Shown piece after piece: positions 62,120 through 64,000 of a DNA stretch of 64,000 bases. Positions within the stretch are counted from its first letter, which is position 1. Every line of letters begins with the position of its first letter. Location: positions 256,532 through 320,531 of the forward strand of contig CAACVI010000012.1 of NCBI GenBank assembly GCA_900659855.1, written 5' to 3'. Under the pieces are notes generated by a model. The model made no database searches. It saw only the letters and a list, made by a program, of their open reading frames with translations, and was not told the DNA's origin. The DNA is from Candidatus Desulfarcum epimagneticum (GTDB taxonomy: Bacteria > Desulfobacterota > Desulfobacteria > Desulfobacterales > CR-1). A program made the position numbers and the translations under genes.

Positions 62120-62536
62120 TTATGGGCTTTCATCGGATTTCACAGGTATTCGCCCGGCGTCCGTCCAAAGGCCCTCCAGATCGTAAAATTTTCGCTCGGT
62201 CTCAAGAAACACATGGATCACCACGTCCCCGTAATCCAGAAGCACCCACCGCCCCCCTTTTTTTCCCTCCACGCTCAGCGGCCGGATCCCGGAGTCTTTT
62301 TTCAGCGTGATTTGAATGTGATCGGCGATGGCCGTCACCTGGCGGTTTGAGAGCCCGCCGCACACGATAAACACATCGGCGATGGAGGTGAGCCCCCGCA
62401 CGTCCAGGGCCACAATGTCCCGGGCCTTTTTGCCTGAGACGGCGTCCAGGTAAACGTCTATGTCCGGATACGGATCGTTTTTCATCGGTAAAGCCTTTGG
62501 CAAATATGCCCGCCGTTTTTTAAAAAACGAAAACAA
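62120..62536 (-). CDS. rsfS: Ribosome silencing factor RsfS (iojap family)
   Basis: 138-aa ORF. KKARDIVALDVRGLTSIADVFIVCGGLSNRQVTAIADHI...WVLLDYGDVVIHVF....R.FYDLEGLW. The start may be the internal ATG at 62485. Confidence 0.85.
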   Translation of the reverse strand: MFSFFKKRRAYLPKALPMKNDPYPDIDVYLDAVSGKKARDIVALDVRGLTSIADVFIVCGGLSNRQVTAIADHIQITLKKDSGIRPLSVEGKKGGRWVLLDYGDVVIHVFLETERKFYDLEGLWTDAGRIPVKSDESP

Positions 62537-62887
62537 GGCGTCGCAAAATATCTAAGCAATTGTTATTAATAATAAAAAAATAAACCTGCCACAAAACTCT
62601 TTCCAAAAACTTTAACACAATTTCACTTTTATATTCAAGAAAAACTTTGCCCGGCCTTATTTTTCTTTTTTTGTCTCCGGTTCCAAATTTTTTTCGAAGA
62701 AGCGTTTTTATTTTTTTCCTATTTTTTCCTATTTTTTGTTTTTTTTGTCCATCAATTTCCTTTCATAGATTAATAAAAAAATATAATTTCCCATCCAGGA
62801 TGAAAAATATTTTAGTTATTTTTAAAAAACAAAAATCAATTTTAAATCATCGGGGTCAAGTCCGGCCCCCCAAAACAAAAAAAAAGG

Positions 62888-64000
62888 ATGGAAATCATGT
62901 TCTGGAAAATGAAATCTCCGAAATTCAAAGTTTTTAAAAAAGCCATCTGCATGCTGCTTGTGTTCTGTCTTGTGGCCGGGCCTTTCTCCACGGTGATGAA
63001 TGAGCGGCCTTTCACGCCCCCCAAAGCCCATGCGGTCGTGGGAGGGAGCGTGGGGATTCTGGCGGCTGTGGCGATGACCGCTTTGGCTGTAAAAATTTTT
63101 AAATGGATGAATACCGACGGAGGTGGAGACAATGCCGCCCGGCAGACTGACATGGCCGATAATGTCGCGCGGCGTGGAGACGACGCCATACGACAGGGAG
63201 AAGATGCCGCGCGACATGACGTCGCGGAGGCCTGGGGAAGGGCTGAAAATCCGCCTCAGTTCCCGGGAAGACAGGGAGACGAGGGAACGTTCCCCCCGCC
63301 GGGAGATCAGAAAGAGGCCATTCAACTTGAGCAGGCTATGGAGGCGAGCCGGGCCGGCGAAGATGGAACTCCGAGGTCCTTCCCCCCGGACGTCACCGGC
63401 AACGCCGCCGCTAAAGTCGCTCCTGATAATCCCCCGGCTCCAGATTCTTCCGTCAGGGTCAACGCCCTTCAAAAAAGGCTGGAAGAAAAAGGCCCCCTCG
63501 GAATTCGCAGACCCGGCGGGCATTACCCGTCAGAGCATGGCGAAGCGCCCGCGCCGAAGGCGCCCGTCTACGCTCCAAGCGATGCGGAGGCATTGAGAAG
63601 GGCTGAGGCGGAAATCTCCGGAACGCCATCCCATCAAGGAAACGCCGTGACAATTCCCCGTAGAAGCGGGAATGAGTCGCCTGACGAAACGCCCGTCTTT
63701 ATAGAACCTCCTCCTCATGCAAAGCCGATTCCCGCCACTGAAAGAATGAAAAGCCCTGACGAAAAAACCGGTCCCCAAACTTCCGGGAGACAAAAACGCT
63801 GGATGGTAAGATCCGACCCGGAAGCTGTCGTCATAAAACAATCACAGGAACCATCGCCTGAACTGACAATATCCCCCCCTGGGAGGGTAATACCTCGAAT
63901 AACGGGATTGAGCGACCGAAAACCGGATCGTCTTCTACCCGATTATGTTGATGACCCGCTAAAATTCGAGCTGGAAGCGCGGAAGCTCTCGAAGGAACCA
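62888..64000 (+). CDS. Hypothetical membrane-anchored, Pro/charge-rich low-complexity protein (5' part; runs off the right window edge)
   Basis: Own translation from ATG 62888: MEIMFWKMKSPKFKVFKKAICMLLVFCLVAGPFSTV...GGSVGILAAVAMTALAVKIF (two hydrophobic segments). This is followed by more than 290 codons without a stop (…PPQFPGRQGDEGTFPPPGDQKE…). It is absent from the ORF track because there is no stop in the window. Confidence 0.55.
   Translation, partial: MEIMFWKMKSPKFKVFKKAICMLLVFCLVAGPFSTVMNERPFTPPKAHAVVGGSVGILAAVAMTALAVKIFKWMNTDGGGDNAARQTDMADNVARRGDDAIRQGEDAARHDVAEAWGRAENPPQFPGRQGDEGTFPPPGDQKEAIQLEQAMEASRAGEDGTPRSFPPDVTGNAAAKVAPDNPPAPDSSVRVNALQKRLEEKGPLGIRRPGGHYPSEHGEAPAPKAPVYAPSDAEALRRAEAEISGTPSHQGNAVTIPRRSGNESPDETPVFIEPPPHAKPIPATERMKSPDEKTGPQTSGRQKRWMVRSDPEAVVIKQSQEPSPELTISPPGRVIPRITGLSDRKPDRLLPDYVDDPLKFELEARKLSKEP

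Overview
The window looks like a chromosomal segment of a GC-rich anaerobic, deltaproteobacterial (Desulfobacterales-like) organism. That placement is an inference from gene content: CooS, a HesB-like selenoprotein, and thiolase/HMGCS-like/DUF35 genes. All calls come from reading the supplied ORF translations and my own translations; no database search was run.

Core GC-rich blocks:
- A DASS-type transporter, MBL hydrolases and a globin.
- A minus-strand beta-oxidation-like operon at 28.5-36.1 kb.
- A selenoprotein and a macro-domain protein.
- tpx, a VOC protein and cooS.
- murJ-ftsB, an IMP cyclohydrolase domain, gloB-like, gpmI and rsfS.

These alternate with visibly AT-richer accessory DNA at about 7.2-26.9 kb. 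That DNA holds at least eight toxin-antitoxin loci or remnants, a RAYT-like Y1 transposase, and an ATP-grasp::M20 gene split by two insertion sequences (an IS630-family element with TA duplication and an IS4-family element with a 9-bp duplication). It also holds ggt, an FGase-family gene, and a Zn-ribbon/DDE/AAA+ mobile unit next to a truncated SPASM gene.

Three things stand out:
1. A ~150-bp nested-palindrome MITE-like element that I cannot place in any named family occurs in at least 12 copies or remnants. Three copies have 6-bp target duplications, one splits a vapC gene, one shows compensatory stem substitutions, and copies fill every spacer of the beta-oxidation-like operon.
2. A divergent seven-gene envelope locus lies at 37.4-50.4 kb. 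One arm is M50::HlyD plus two HlyD-like adaptors. The other arm is a 1238-aa haem/PSCyt-like protein, a beta-propeller::di-haem CCP/MauG-like fusion, and two FGE/SUMF1-like proteins. The domain logic of the two large proteins recalls hydrazine synthase. This is my best candidate for an undescribed system.
3. A HesB/IscA-like selenoprotein gene with an in-frame UGA was split by the ORF track.

No rRNA, tRNA or CRISPR array was seen.
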